Assembly: GCA_012295275.1 (NCBI GenBank)
Contig: CM022665.1
Coordinates: 3,348,001 to 3,412,000 of the forward strand
Direction: 5' to 3'
From: Chrysomallon squamiferum
Lineage: Eukaryota; Animalia; Mollusca
Length of the DNA stretch: 64,000 nucleotides
A model generated the notes under the pieces. That model had not been told where the DNA came from, did not search any database, and worked only from the letters and a program-made list of their open reading frames with translations. The position numbers and the translations under genes are program-made. Shown one piece after another: positions 39,033 through 52,378 of the stretch (within the stretch, counting starts at the first letter, position 1; each line of letters begins with the position of its first letter).

Positions 39033-39962
39033 TCAACCGGAGTAACCTTTTATAAAACTTTTCACCCTTCCGTCGACATGTTCCTTCATATTTTCGTTTT
39101 GTTCTATTTTTTTATTCATTGCTTGGTCTTTTTTATGGTCTAACGATAACGGCATTGGCCTCTTATGACTTAAATGGTTCTTCCACGTTTCAGCAGAGAG
39201 TGTTGGGCGTCTTTGGTTCAAGATCTCTGAAATATTGGAATGTCTTCCGTTTGCTGGTATTGCAGAGGCGCGACGTATAGGCTCAGTAGGCGGGTGGTTA
39301 TCGTCTGCTAGTTTTAATCCGGGTACGCTTGTCTTCCTTACTTCGAGCGGATCACGTTCCCAAACAGAAGCACGGCTTTTTGCCGAATGAGCGCGAATTA
39401 TTTTTTTGGTAATATCATCTGTTTCGTTTTCCCATGTGTTAATTGGTGATGAACATCTGCTTTCGGTTTTTTCTGACTCTGTTGTGTCGTCATCATCCAT
39501 GAGGCATGTCATCCAAATCAGCGCTTGACGTGACTTCGAAGGACTACTCTGAGGTCGTGGTGTCAGAAATGACGCGGTTTCCGAAGCCGATGAAATGCTT
39601 TCTGTTCGGCTTTTTTCGGCTGCACTCTGAGATCTTCGGAACCTACGAACTCTCCTGCTGACAATTCTTTCTCCATACAAGAAGCAAGGTCCTTTTTCTT
39701 CGGGACTATCATGGAGATCTTCCTTGTCAGAATCTTCTTTAATCGGAGATAATCCTTCAGGACTGTGCCCGCTACTCGACTGTATATAGTCCAAAGACAG
39801 TGATATCAAACGAATGTCTTGGTTGGTCAAACGGATTTGATGGACTTTTTGTCTGTCGAGAAGCTGAAGTTTTCCTGCTAAACGAGACTGTTCAATGTTG
39901 TTTATTCTGTAAGCTCTTTGAATGCGGGAACTGCTGTAACTTGGCTGTTCTTTGGTAGGCAT
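39033..39962 (-). CDS. Uncharacterised ~309-aa protein: short N-terminal coiled coil (weakly CCDC190-like) followed by an S/R/P-rich disordered region
   Basis: Uninterrupted ~1-kb ORF with higher GC than its flanks. First ATG at 39962 in aaaATG context. Probable upstream acceptor tttcag| at 40255. The family resemblance is from memory only. Confidence 0.75.
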   Translation of the reverse strand: MPTKEQPSYSSSRIQRAYRINNIEQSRLAGKLQLLDRQKVHQIRLTNQDIRLISLSLDYIQSSSGHSPEGLSPIKEDSDKEDLHDSPEEKGPCFLYGERIVSRRVRRFRRSQSAAEKSRTESISSASETASFLTPRPQSSPSKSRQALIWMTCLMDDDDTTESEKTESRCSSPINTWENETDDITKKIIRAHSAKSRASVWERDPLEVRKTSVPGLKLADDNHPPTEPIRRASAIPANGRHSNISEILNQRRPTLSAETWKNHLSHKRPMPLSLDHKKDQAMNKKIEQNENMKEHVDGRVKSFIKGYSG

Positions 39963-40259
39963 TTTATCACCTTCCAAATGTTTTACTTCTCGTCTGGTAT
40001 TCTGGCAGAACTCCCGCGACGATAATTCGCAAAAGATCAAATCGATCTTTCGTCTTGGAAGTGGTTGTTAATGGTGCCCTGGTTTGATCGCTCGTAAAAG
40101 AAGGACTTAGCGGAATACTGATGTCATTTCAGCATTGTGACGAAGCTGTTTTGTATTTTTATCTGATGTTTGTCACAAAGCGGATCACTCGGTAATGAGT
40201 CTGTCACACAAATAAGTTAAGACGACAGCGATCTTTGCTCCCTGTGATGAGGAATCTGA

Positions 40260-40260
<1 letters not shown>

Positions 40261-40327
<67 letters not shown>
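40261..40327. repeat. (AAT)n microsatellite
   Basis: Direct reading. Similar tracts at ~19700, 25398, 26660, 26827, 52852 and 57554. Confidence 0.95.
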
Positions 40328-40328
<1 letters not shown>

Positions 40329-40726
40329 TTAATTTTGATTAATCAAAAACAAAACACTGGCAGCAGACATTTAAATAAATAAATAAATATCGTTTTAAAA
40401 ATAAGATCATATATTATAAGTAACAACAATGACTTCAAAGTTCGAGTGATAATAATAACTGCAAATGATTCCTGAAATGTTACACATATAATACCAAAAT
40501 ATCACGTGTCTGAAGCTTTAATTATCTTATAAACAAAAACATAAAAAAGACATTAATAAAACCTTCTTTGACCTCAATAAAACAACAACAAAGAACAAAT
40601 ATATATTTTTAAAAATGTAGTAGTATTGGTAGTAGTTAGTAGTAGTAGTAGTAGTTATGATGATGATGATAATAATAATGATAATGTAGTAAAAAAAAAT
40701 ATATCGTTATATATATATATATATGA

Positions 40727-40934
40727 AACACCATGACCATGTTGCATTTCATTTTTTACTAAATTCTTAAATTTGTTCTTTCATTATATATTATTATTAT
40801 TATTATTAATTATTACTATTGTTATTATTATTATTATTATTATTTTTATTTATTTATTTATTTATTTTTGTCTGGAGAGGAAAGACAAAGTTAAGAATCT
40901 AGTAGAAAATGAAATGTAATATGGTCACAGTGTT
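40727..40934. mobile_element. Foldback/MITE-like element with ~55-bp inverted arms around an (ATT)n spacer
   Basis: Left arm aacaccatgaccatgttgcatttcattttttactaaattcttaaatttgttctttc (40727-40782) versus reverse complement of 40880-40934, aacactgtgaccatattacatttcattttctactagattcttaactttgtctttc. Confidence 0.7.
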
Positions 40935-43318
40935 GTATCTAACAACACAACCGCGTTCTGCATATCACACCTGTAGCACGCCGACAACAGTAAACCAATA
41001 AAGCCGTGTTAACTCAATGCAGTATTAACGAAATCCAGTTCATTTGATAAAGCTTATCTTCTTAATGCTAATCCAATATAACAACGCACTCGAGTTGATT
41101 TAACGCTGATATTAATATATTTCAACAGCTTTATGCTGGTGTGGAAATCAGAGAATATGTACATTTTTGTACAGTCGCCGATTTGAACAATCATCACATC
41201 GAGTCATATGCACCTCGAATATTTTACATATGTGATGTCTTTGTTTTGTTTTTGAGGGGATTTGAGTGTGTGTGTTTTTTTTTTTTTTGTTATTTTTATA
41301 CATGTGTGCGCGTGTGTGCACGTGTTTCAGTATGAAGTCATGCCTATTTTAACTGCTCTACGAATAGTTATAGTTTTATTTACAATGACCACGTGAGACA
41401 TAAGACCGGTGTTGCTTATCGATTTCAACAAGAAAACATGATACGTGAAAGTACATACCACATACACTAGCTGAGATGTATTAACTGGAAGATGAAGTAG
41501 TTACAGAGCTTCACCCTGCAAATGACACATACAGAGTAACTTCAGTAACGTATTACGCAATAATCATCTGCAAAATTTTTATTTTCTGCATCAGTAATCA
41601 TTAATACCGAACAGTCAGAAGATAATAAAACATAATATTATAAAATATTCTGATTTCAGAATAATGCAGCTGAAAGGATTAGTGGCTTGAATTATCAAAC
41701 AAAATTATTTTTGAGTAACAGTTTCAGTTTGAAATATTAATAAAATTAAGTTCAAGGTTAAAGTAGTGTGTAATTATAATTCCAGATGACTTATAAGTAA
41801 CTGGGCAGTGTATGATTGTGAAATTTTCATTTAAATGCTGTTCTGCCGAAGAACGTGTTGGAAAATGCTTCGAAGTTAATGGACAACACTGAATACAGTT
41901 TGTAAATACACTGAATGCATTAAAAACCGTATAAACCTTTTTTTTTCTAGACATTTAAAATAAATAAATAAATAAATAAATTTCGCCTGATTACTTATAA
42001 GCCATCCTGTATAACAAGGAAAATTGAATATATATTTTGTTATAAACATTTATTTTTATTTTATTTTTTTTTCAAATCCGATAATTTAACGTAATTTGTG
42101 CAAGCTTTTAAGCAGGCATTTTAGACGATAAAACTTCTGGTTTTCTGTCTTGATAAGAACACTTTAATTAATTTATTTATTTACGTAGACTTCTTGTTTG
42201 GTTTTTATTTGTTTTTAAATGACGCAAATGTAAGATAGAGTAAAATATATAATTCTGCTGCTATCCAGCTTCGTCGAAAAAAAATTAATGTCTATTTTTG
42301 CCGGAAACGTTTCTTATTTGACCTAAATTCCATCACACGTAAAAGCTCCAGACAAGGGGAAGTCAGAACTATTAAAAACAGCTATAATAGTAATAGAGGA
42401 AATATCGAGTAATGTGAAGTGCTTATTGAAATCTGACAGTCTTCTTATGAGAAGATTTTACGTGATGTCAAGTAAAATTCTGTCTTTGTTAGATTGTGAT
42501 TTATTGATGCTTGCCTGCCATCTTAACACCATCATGACGTTTCTTACAAAGGAGATAAGATTTCAGTCATAAATGTTATCACTCAGTATGATGATTTTTT
42601 TCATTCATATATATTCTGCATTTTCAAATAACTTTTTTCATTTTGTCCATATATAAAGAAAAAAGTGTATTTCCATATGAATAGTCACAGAAAGTAAAAT
42701 AAAATACAAAGACGTGTTAATAGATACGCAGTCACTGATTACTAGCGAAAGAGCTTAGTTACATGACATCTAATTAGATACAAAAATAAATACCGTTACG
42801 TTAAGTGGAAGTCAATGTATATACACTGTATATTAATCCTAATTAATTAAGAAACAATACAAAATTAACTTTATTAATACACGAATACTGTAACAGTCAA
42901 AGAAATCAATGAACTGAAGATATTACGGTTTAAAACACAAAAAATAAAATAAAATAAAATACTGTATTTTTGTCTTTAATTATATATATACTGCAAGTAT
43001 AAAACTATATTCATCTTACGTCATTTACGAATGAGACACTTTCTACTGCTACAGGTATTTCTACTGAACAGAAGTATTCACAGAGATCACCATTATATCG
43101 TCTTACTACAGCTATTAGTCTGACTGAGGGATTAGTAATCAAGTACAACCACTCGATAATACTGCCTTCAGGTGGCAGAATAAACACACTCCCCCAAAAC
43201 AGGCTAAGCAAGTCTCGTTTACTCTCGATTGCAAATAATCTGTATGTACTGAGAGTAGAACCATTCACACACACGCACATTCAAATATTTAGTATTTGTT
43301 TTGTATGTATATACATGT

Positions 43319-43368
<50 letters not shown>

Positions 43369-44492
43369 TATTTGTTTTCCACAATATACAAATTCCAACA
43401 TCATTCCTGACTTCTCTAATAATATTAAAATCTAAACATTAATCATCAAAATGTTAACAATCTCACATTCATACCCATACATATACAAATAAACAAATAC
43501 ACACATACAAAAACACATACATACAAACACACACACAAATACACACAATATACACAAATACACACAAACTAACACATACATAAACATACACGCAGACATA
43601 TATATATATATATATACACACACAAACACACAAAACAAATAATAAAAACCCTTGTGTTTGAGTGCGTGAATGACACATACAACATCAAAACAACAACAAC
43701 AAACAAAAAAATAATAATAACCACAACTGACGAATGATGTAACACAGAATAACAATGCTCATCTTAGCTTGTCGAATATTAATTTAATTACAAACACTCG
43801 CCACACTTACCTGCAGAACGCTCTTGCAAACAAAAAACCAGTGCGTGCTTTACGTGTTGCTTCTGTAACTCACACTTTTTTCTGTCACTCTTCGTTACGC
43901 ACGCTTTGTCTATCGCGATACACAAAGAACAGAAGAAAGTGGATATTGGCGCCGTTCCTACAGTTACATTAGTCAAAGTGAGGCCGCGGTTTTATTACAG
44001 TTCATTTAACTGCTCTGTCTTATTTACGTGTGCAGAAAGCAAATGAAAAAAACAACAACAAAAAAAAACAACACCTTTAGATGAAAACTTGTTGACAATT
44101 TGCCGTCTTACTAAGGAAGATTATTTTGTTCGTTAGTTGAAGATTATAATTTTTTTTTTTTACATACGTGTGTTTATGTACGTGCCTACACATGCGCGCA
44201 TGTATGAATGAAAGAATGAAATATCCGTTAAACGCCACATAACCTCTTACAAAAAGGAGTGAAAAAGAAATAAAAAAAGAAAGGAAAAACCCCAAACCAC
44301 ATAGCTTAAAACTGTGTGATTACTCTTGACAATAATACTAGTGAGCGAACGACCTTTTTTTTATTGTCCTGGAGGGAGAATCTTACACCGCAGCTTTTGA
44401 TAAACCAGCTGCGGGACACTAGCTGCTCAGATAACGCGTTTAAAATAGTTGTAATTGATATATGTAGTTGATACACATACACCCACCCACAC

Positions 44493-44553
<61 letters not shown>

Positions 44554-45441
44554 ATATAACTGTAATTATACACATACATATGTTTATATATATATATATA
44601 TATATATACATACATACACGTACACACACACACACACGTAAGCACGCATACCTACATACAAACACACACACAGACTCACACGGACGCACATATATAGACA
44701 TACATACAGACAGACAGACAGACATACAAATACACTGATACAACTGTAGTTATATATATACATATATATATAAACTATATATATAATTAATTAATTACAA
44801 ATAACAACGCTAGAGTAGTGAGTGTCACGTGACGAAAGTGTGACTTAGGAAAAAGAACCGGATCGCTGATTCAGACCCGCACATTAATCTTGTCAATCTA
44901 TTTTACTTTGTTCTTCAAACAATCCTGCTAATCTCCGTAAATCGATATGCGTATTCATACATTTAATTTACTTACAAATGCTTTCTAACTCTATTCAGAG
45001 CATATGGATTAGATAAAGCAGAAAACGGATTGTGAAACGTCTGTTAATCTTGGGGCGTAACACACTTTATTTCAGTCGTAATCTCCAACTGAAAAGCTTA
45101 CATTTTGAACACTGAACAAAAGCCTGGGTTCGCTAACACTGGAATACAGGATAACAAAAAAAAAAAAAAAAAAAAAAAATATCACACGACAGGAATAAGC
45201 GTTTAGTTTGGCGTACTTCTAAATCAGATTTATTGCCCTTTCTTTTCATCAGTGAATAATACTGAAAAAGTGAAAAACCTGTAGTGTAGAATTAGTTACA
45301 CGCTATATTTATTACTTAAGATTTAAAATCTTCAGTACTGAAAAAAAAAAATTTCATTTATTCGGACATTTCTGAATTTTTGTATTTATTTGGTAAAAGT
45401 ATTTGACTCATTTATTCATTTATCTGTGTATTTACTACCAT

Positions 45442-45466
45442 TACTACTACTACTATTACTACTACA

Positions 45467-45530
<64 letters not shown>

Positions 45531-45562
45531 ACTACTATTATTATTATTATTATTATTATTAT
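45442..45562. repeat. (TAC)n/(TTA)n compound microsatellite
   Basis: Direct reading. Confidence 0.95.
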
Positions 45563-45944
45563 TTAGTAACAGTAATAATAATAACCCGTTTACGTATTTT
45601 ACAGATATTGTCGAGAATTCTGTCCACGTTAGAATACAATTAATCAATACATATCAACTAATATTTCAGACGTAGAATAAAAGTTATTTCCAAATCGTCT
45701 CGCTTTCATTTGTAAACGAAACACGAATACAAAACCTATCAATAAACATGTGCCACACCGAGAAAGACACTTTTTATGTGTCCTATTTTATCTGCTATTA
45801 CGTAGTAATAACGTCTTGTTGGTAATAAATAGTAAACAGAGAGATATAATACATGCACTGAAAAAAATTACAAAGTCATTTTACATAACGAGATCAGAAT
45901 TAATGGCAAAGAAAAGAGTTACCGAACTAGTACTGTTTGTTTGA

Positions 45945-46208
45945 AGAACTGTTTGAAAATCAGTGAAATAGAACTGTTTCAAAACCAGTGAAACAGTATC
46001 GTTTAAAAATCAGTGAAACATTATTGTTTGAACAGCAGTGAAACAGTATTGTTTGAAAATGAGTGAAACAGAACTGTTTAAAAATCAGTGAAATTGTTTT
46101 GTTTGTTTGACAGTAAATGAAATAGTATTGTTTGAAAATCACTGAAACAGTATTGTTTAAAAATCATTTAAAAAGTATTGTTTGACATCAGTCAAAGAGT
46201 ATTGTTTG
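45945..46208. repeat. Degenerate 25-bp minisatellite, ~10 copies (CAGTGAAACAGTATTGTTTGAAAAT)
   Basis: Unit starts at 45961, 45986, 46011, 46036, 46061, 46086 and onward. Confidence 0.9.
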
Positions 46209-47042
46209 TAGTTGTTAGGAAAGAGAAATATCATCAACAGTAAGATTATTCTTCTTTAGAATAAAAGCTGTTTAATATTAAATAACTCAGTTAAATAAAT
46301 ACTTGCTTTAAATAATCTTCTTCCATTACCGCCTCAGAGTATTCAAAGATAAACGTAGTTTTGAGACTTTCCTAGTTTACTGAATAAGTTCCCCCAAAAG
46401 TTGTTATATTATTATACAAATATCGTATATTTAAAACGTAAAACTTTTATTTTTAAAATGCGAGAAGCACTGTCGGACTAGTCTAAAATTTCTACAGGGA
46501 AACTTGTTAAAAACGTCCAAAATAGTCAAAGAAATTAGACTAAACCAAAGGTTTTAAGTCTTATTTATATCATCTCGGATTCTATGCATTATTATTGTTA
46601 TTATCATCATCATCATCATTATTATTACTATTGTTGTGTATGGTCTACTGGTGGCTTAAAAAACACAATTTAGTCACTGATATTTTTTACAGAATCAATG
46701 ATACGTGTATTTTGTTACTTTAGTACACATACAGAACTCTGTAAATAAGAAAATCGTAATTTTAATTTTCAGGAAGAATAAATGAGGCTATCTGCAATTT
46801 CCGTCAGTGTCATATAAAGATAAAAACACGAAAACAAGTAGAGAGAAAAAAAATAATTGTTCCGCAAGACTGTAAATTAGTTATAAAACGAGAAACATTC
46901 CTTGATAACTGATAGGTGTGTAATTGTATTTATTTATCGTGACAGTGTAAGGAAACCCATTTGTCTTACTGACTAGAAGCACGGAAATTTTTTATAGAAT
47001 CACGAAAGAAATATATCTGGCCTTTTATAAACAGGAAACAAA

Positions 47043-47134
<92 letters not shown>

Positions 47135-47323
47135 ATTAAACAAATATATATACTAAAAAAAATGCATAAAAAACGAGTAGTCACTTTCACTGTGTGGGAA
47201 TATGTGTGTAAAATTCAGAGAGGAACAATCACTACTACAACTCTTAACATGTTGTAAAAGGCACGAGATACTCGTACAGAAAAGAAAGTAAACACTTCGT
47301 CATGTCACACAGACAAAATACTC

Positions 47324-47612
47324 ACAAGAATCCCGCTGGACACTCAGTCAGTACCCTTCACAGTATTAGCCGGTCACTGTTGCGAAATAGTCATTTCTGT
47401 TCAAAAAATTCCCAACCGTCGTTTCCCTGGCTTTTCTAACTTTCGCCGTGAGGCGCGACAGTCCCCACCACAGAACAAAAAAAAACAAAACGCGAAGACC
47501 GCCTGCAATATTTATACCGTGCAGCGTCTCTTGACAACAAATGGCCTGTCAGTCATAAAATATCGTCAACGTTCTTATCGAAAAGCCATAGAGAGTGTTT
47601 CGCTTCATTGGC
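47324..47612 (-). promoter_or_regulatory. Candidate promoter and non-coding first exon for the minus-strand 39-kb gene
   Basis: On the minus strand: CCAAT (~47608-47612), TATAAAT (47510-47516), a CpG-rich stretch, then a donor gtgagt at 47325. Confidence 0.4.
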
Positions 47613-47905
47613 TAATGCAGTGATTCGGAGTCACCTGGTTCACTTGAACAGTTAAAGAGACAAACAAACACTCTGTTGTTTTGTGTGTGGTTTGTACAGA
47701 TGATGCAGAACGAAATTAATTTTTTTTTTTTTTTTTTGTTTGCTTTCACCACCGGCTGGCATCATCATAATTTAACAAAAGAACAATTTAAGTATTATTA
47801 ATGATGAAATATATACACAAATAATACGTTTTTATAGTTTATAATACTGTCTGTGGATTTTTATTTTATTTTATTTTATTTATTTACTGCTTGAGAGACG
47901 GGGGG

Positions 47906-47983
<78 letters not shown>

Positions 47984-48198
47984 TTTTTAAATCGCTAATT
48001 GAATTGGAAACCTTATAACAACAACGAAAAATCACAACAGTGGATCTTCGAACTGGTGATATTATTAAAATACTGGATATCTCTTTTAAACACCTTTTAA
48101 ACACTCTGACCCAAAGTAAGAATTTCTTCGTTATCAAGGTCTTCCTAACCATTAAAACTAATTGTTAAAAGCGCCATATTTAACTACAGACATAACAG

Positions 48199-48244
<46 letters not shown>

Positions 48245-48701
48245 ATAATAAAATAAAATAAGGTACTTAACAACGGTTTCGTATCTTTTTGGTACTGTTT
48301 TCTACTGCTTATCAAACTTCTTTGTTACGAAATAAATAAAACATTTCTTGACCAAGCAAGCAAATCTTATCGCGTTGACGTGTGAGAAATAATGTTTGAC
48401 TGAGTGATTTATAACCTGCAAACTGCACTCCAGTGTTATGGGATTAGAAGTAGAAAAGTAAACTATTTGAACGTTATCGTTTAAACTGAGTACACGAGAA
48501 ACTCTTCAAACATTTCTCTGTTCATACACACCAGACAGAGAAAGTCAGCTTTGTGTGTGTCACTAGTCCGTGACGCAACCGACATAGTCTTCTTGTTCTG
48601 GTGAATACACTGTTTTTAAAATATCATTACACACACACATACACACACACACACTTTATATATATACATACACACACACACACATATACATATACATATA
48701 C

Positions 48702-48733
<32 letters not shown>

Positions 48734-50568
48734 CCATATGCTTGTGTATACATATATTACACATGCATGTATGTGTGTGTGTGTGTAAATAATTTTTGCT
48801 TGTTTGTTCAAAGTCACAAAATAAATGAATTAATGAATAAATAAGTAAATAAATAAATAAATAAGCGTTTTTTAAAAAACAAATATCAGTATCTTTTCAT
48901 TATTATACTTTTGGTTTGTTTATTTAATGTCAATAATAAAATAATAATAAAGATTAAAAGTGAATAATAAAATTAAAGAGCATTCATATATCTAACGTAT
49001 CACTGTAATTAAAACAATGTTACATTATTTACAAATTTCATTTCCTTCATGTTATTACATTTATGTAACTTCCACTTTATTTTTACTGTAAAATCAAAAC
49101 ATCGAAAACATCGATATATATATAAACACAAGATCACATAGAAAATCCTAATTAATTATTTCACTTACAGTAGCTTTTCAGAGTTTCCTGTAGGTTAGTG
49201 TGTTTTTTACTAAACACAGCAAAATTTTACTGTCCACTTTACGAAATTTCCAAATAAAGTTCAGTAATAAGAAACTGTTATTTGTAATTATTTTTCATTT
49301 CTGAGTGTTATCTTCCCACCTCAGTTTTCTGTTACTTATCGAATACCAAGTTTGTAAGCAGAAAATAACTGTTCACACAAATAATATATATAAAAAAAAA
49401 AAAAAAAGATTATTTCAAAATAAAGCTGTTTAAAAAGTCTTCCTTAAAAAAAAAAAAAAAAAAAAATCAGTGTGACTCAAAATACCGTTTAAACACATCA
49501 GTTTTATTACTCAATGTCTGTTTCAACGAATGCACCTGCATCGAAAGACTAAGCCGTCGTATGATAAATAATATTATTCTTTGCTGAGGCGATTTAGTTT
49601 TGTTAGTTAGTCTTTCATTTATGTAACTCTATTATCATACGGTCTTTGTAAAAATTAAACGTGGACATTCACAATATAATAATATAAAATTATGATAATG
49701 ACAGATTGATATCACCACACGTAACTGATTATTGGAACAATCTGCTTTATATTCATTATTGAAAGGTCTTTGATATAACTGGGATCAGGCTGGAACGGCA
49801 AATAGCCCACTTGGGAAAAGAATGATTATGATTATGCAGCTTAATTTTCAATACATCAAATATAAAGACATTTTATTTAATTTCTTTTTTCTTTTTTTTT
49901 TTTTTTTAACTTTATGAAAAAATATAATATCTTAAATAGAAGTGTTTCTAATAACTTCATCTTAATAAAAATAAAATAAAATATCTTTAATGTAATATCA
50001 GGACTTATTACTAGTTTATTTTATCATATATTATTACGAACTTTGAATAAATTAGAAATCTTCTTAAAGTTAGACTATCTATTTATTTATTTATTTAAAT
50101 TTGATTTGATTTTTTTTTTTTTTTTTTTTTTTTTTGCAGTATGCTGTTATTCTAAGGTTAGAACATACCAGATCCCGTTCAGTTAGTTTCAGATCGATGT
50201 TTTAAATCTTATTTATGTCTATTTACTTACCCTCATTATTAAACGGATAGTTTTACCAACCACTGAGTTTGTACAGCTACTGAACATCAATACCTGATCT
50301 ACAGTAATATCCATTAACTGTCATTAAAACCAAAGTCATATTAATGCTTTGTAATTCATTGTAATGTTACATTAATTAACTCTTACAGTTTTCAATATAA
50401 ATACATCCTAAAGATACAGATGTGTTACAGTACCGAAGAGATACGCACCGGTTTTACAATTAATAGCCGATGATAATATATAAATATATATATAGTAAAG
50501 TGTAGATACTGAAAAGCAGAATTTTGAAATTTAACATATAGTAATAGAAGACAACAGAAAAAAAAAAT

Positions 50569-51780
50569 ATGGTATCAGTATTACGTGAAGTAGTGATGGT
50601 TGCCGTGATTGTATTGATATATCTGAACGTTTCCAGCTGTGATGACTACAGATCTGCTCACTTTCGTCTGAAGAATCATTTAAAACAAAAGTTGTATCTG
50701 AAAGACCCACCCGTGTTTGACAACGACGACAAGCTGGTCGTTATAATCATATTTGGAGTCATAGCTATAATAGACATTGATGAAATACTACAGATATTTT
50801 CTTACACTGGTTATTTTAAAGTCATGTGGTTTGATCCTCAGCTGCGGTGGAATGTTGGAGATTACGGTAACATCACAGAAATTAAAATGGATATTGAATC
50901 AATATGGAAACCGGAACTATACATTGCCAATGGCGTGGATCACTTCAGTGTGTTTGACGAGCACTGCAAAGTCACAGTTGAAGCAGACGGAACTGTATCA
51001 GTGTTCAAAACAGCCATGTTTAAAACAACGTGCACGGTAGACACAACACGGTATCCGTTTGATAGTCAGAAATGTGGTTTGCAAATAATCAACACCGACA
51101 CTGCTCCGTTAGTTCTGAAAGTGTTAAATATCAAACTTCCTCTGCAGAAATACTTTTCTGCAGACAGTGAATGGTCGTTAAGTGAGGACAACGGGATGGT
51201 TGCCAGAGTCGTCAATTTGACGTGGAATAGTCCAGTGATCGGACTGTATTTAATCGAAGTTGCTGAATTCAGTTTGATCCTTAAACGAAAGAGTCTGTTC
51301 TACATCGTGACGACTATATTTCCAATGGTTCTTCTGTCACTGCTGACATCTTTTGCCTTCATGGTACCGGTCAGTTCAGGAGACAGGATGTCTTACCTTA
51401 TTTCAATATTTGTTTCCTACTCCGTGTTCCTCAACTACATCAACGAGTCGCTGCCGAGGACATCACAGACGTTGTCTTGGTTTGAGATCTATCTCATATT
51501 TGTCCTCTGCCACTGCGGTTTGGCCATAACCGCCACGTTGTTCATTTTACGCTGGCACAGAAACAGAGAACTTCACAGACCGTCACAACAGAAAGTGGAT
51601 CCTGTTGTCGATGACAGGACGAAATTCGATGGCTTCAAGGAAAGAGATGACGCAAAACCTACTGTTTCGAATACAGCAGCAAACAGAAAACCAACATACG
51701 CAACACTGGATAACTTCTTTTTTGTCGTGTTTCTGGGATCAGCTTCAGCTTTCCCACTTACGCTTCTTTTGTACTTGTAA
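50569..51780 (+). CDS. Intronless divergent nicotinic acetylcholine receptor-like (non-alpha) Cys-loop ion channel subunit, 403 aa
   Basis: Signal peptide, WFDPQLRWN, IWKPEL, Cys-loop CTVDTTRYPFDSQKC (C-x13-C), LKRK followed by M1, SGDRMS at the start of M2, LPRTS, M3, M4. No vicinal Cys-Cys in loop C. Confidence 0.95.
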   Translation: MVSVLREVVMVAVIVLIYLNVSSCDDYRSAHFRLKNHLKQKLYLKDPPVFDNDDKLVVIIIFGVIAIIDIDEILQIFSYTGYFKVMWFDPQLRWNVGDYGNITEIKMDIESIWKPELYIANGVDHFSVFDEHCKVTVEADGTVSVFKTAMFKTTCTVDTTRYPFDSQKCGLQIINTDTAPLVLKVLNIKLPLQKYFSADSEWSLSEDNGMVARVVNLTWNSPVIGLYLIEVAEFSLILKRKSLFYIVTTIFPMVLLSLLTSFAFMVPVSSGDRMSYLISIFVSYSVFLNYINESLPRTSQTLSWFEIYLIFVLCHCGLAITATLFILRWHRNRELHRPSQQKVDPVVDDRTKFDGFKERDDAKPTVSNTAANRKPTYATLDNFFFVVFLGSASAFPLTLLLYL

Positions 51781-52287
51781 CTAATTTTAACAGTGGTGAC
51801 ACACAATTAAACAACGTTGTTACAACCACCTTTGTAATTATCTTGTGTTATTCTTTTTAAAAAAAAGTTTTACACCAAAAATTAATATCTGTTCTTTAAA
51901 CAATATCATGTGAAAATGCACATTCATTTTGTGATAATGATTTTTTTTTTTTGTTTTAAGATGTGTTACAGTTTCAATGAAATTATCATATCGTATCTGT
52001 GGAAATTCCAGAGTACATTTAATATATTTTCAACGATTATTAGTTCTCGAGATAATATGACATTTAGCCTAGATATTTACTGTTAATTAAATATATGTAT
52101 GTAAGTACATAGGTTAAAACAAACAAAACAATCTACTACGTAGAAGATTATATTTATTTGTATTTGTATTTGCAAAATTCACATACAGTATATGAAAATA
52201 CGTCAAGGCATTGTATTGTTGCTAATAAACAACAATTCTCTGCGATGTGTTTTTTTATTTTATTTTATTTATCATTATTATTATTAT

Positions 52288-52378
<91 letters not shown>

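Noticed and set aside
44824-44833. Perfect GTCACGTGAC palindrome
   Set aside because: An isolated 10-mer with no assignable target promoter.
45945-46208. CRISPR-like regular repeat
   Set aside because: Head-to-tail degenerate units with no spacers, no cas genes, and a eukaryotic context.
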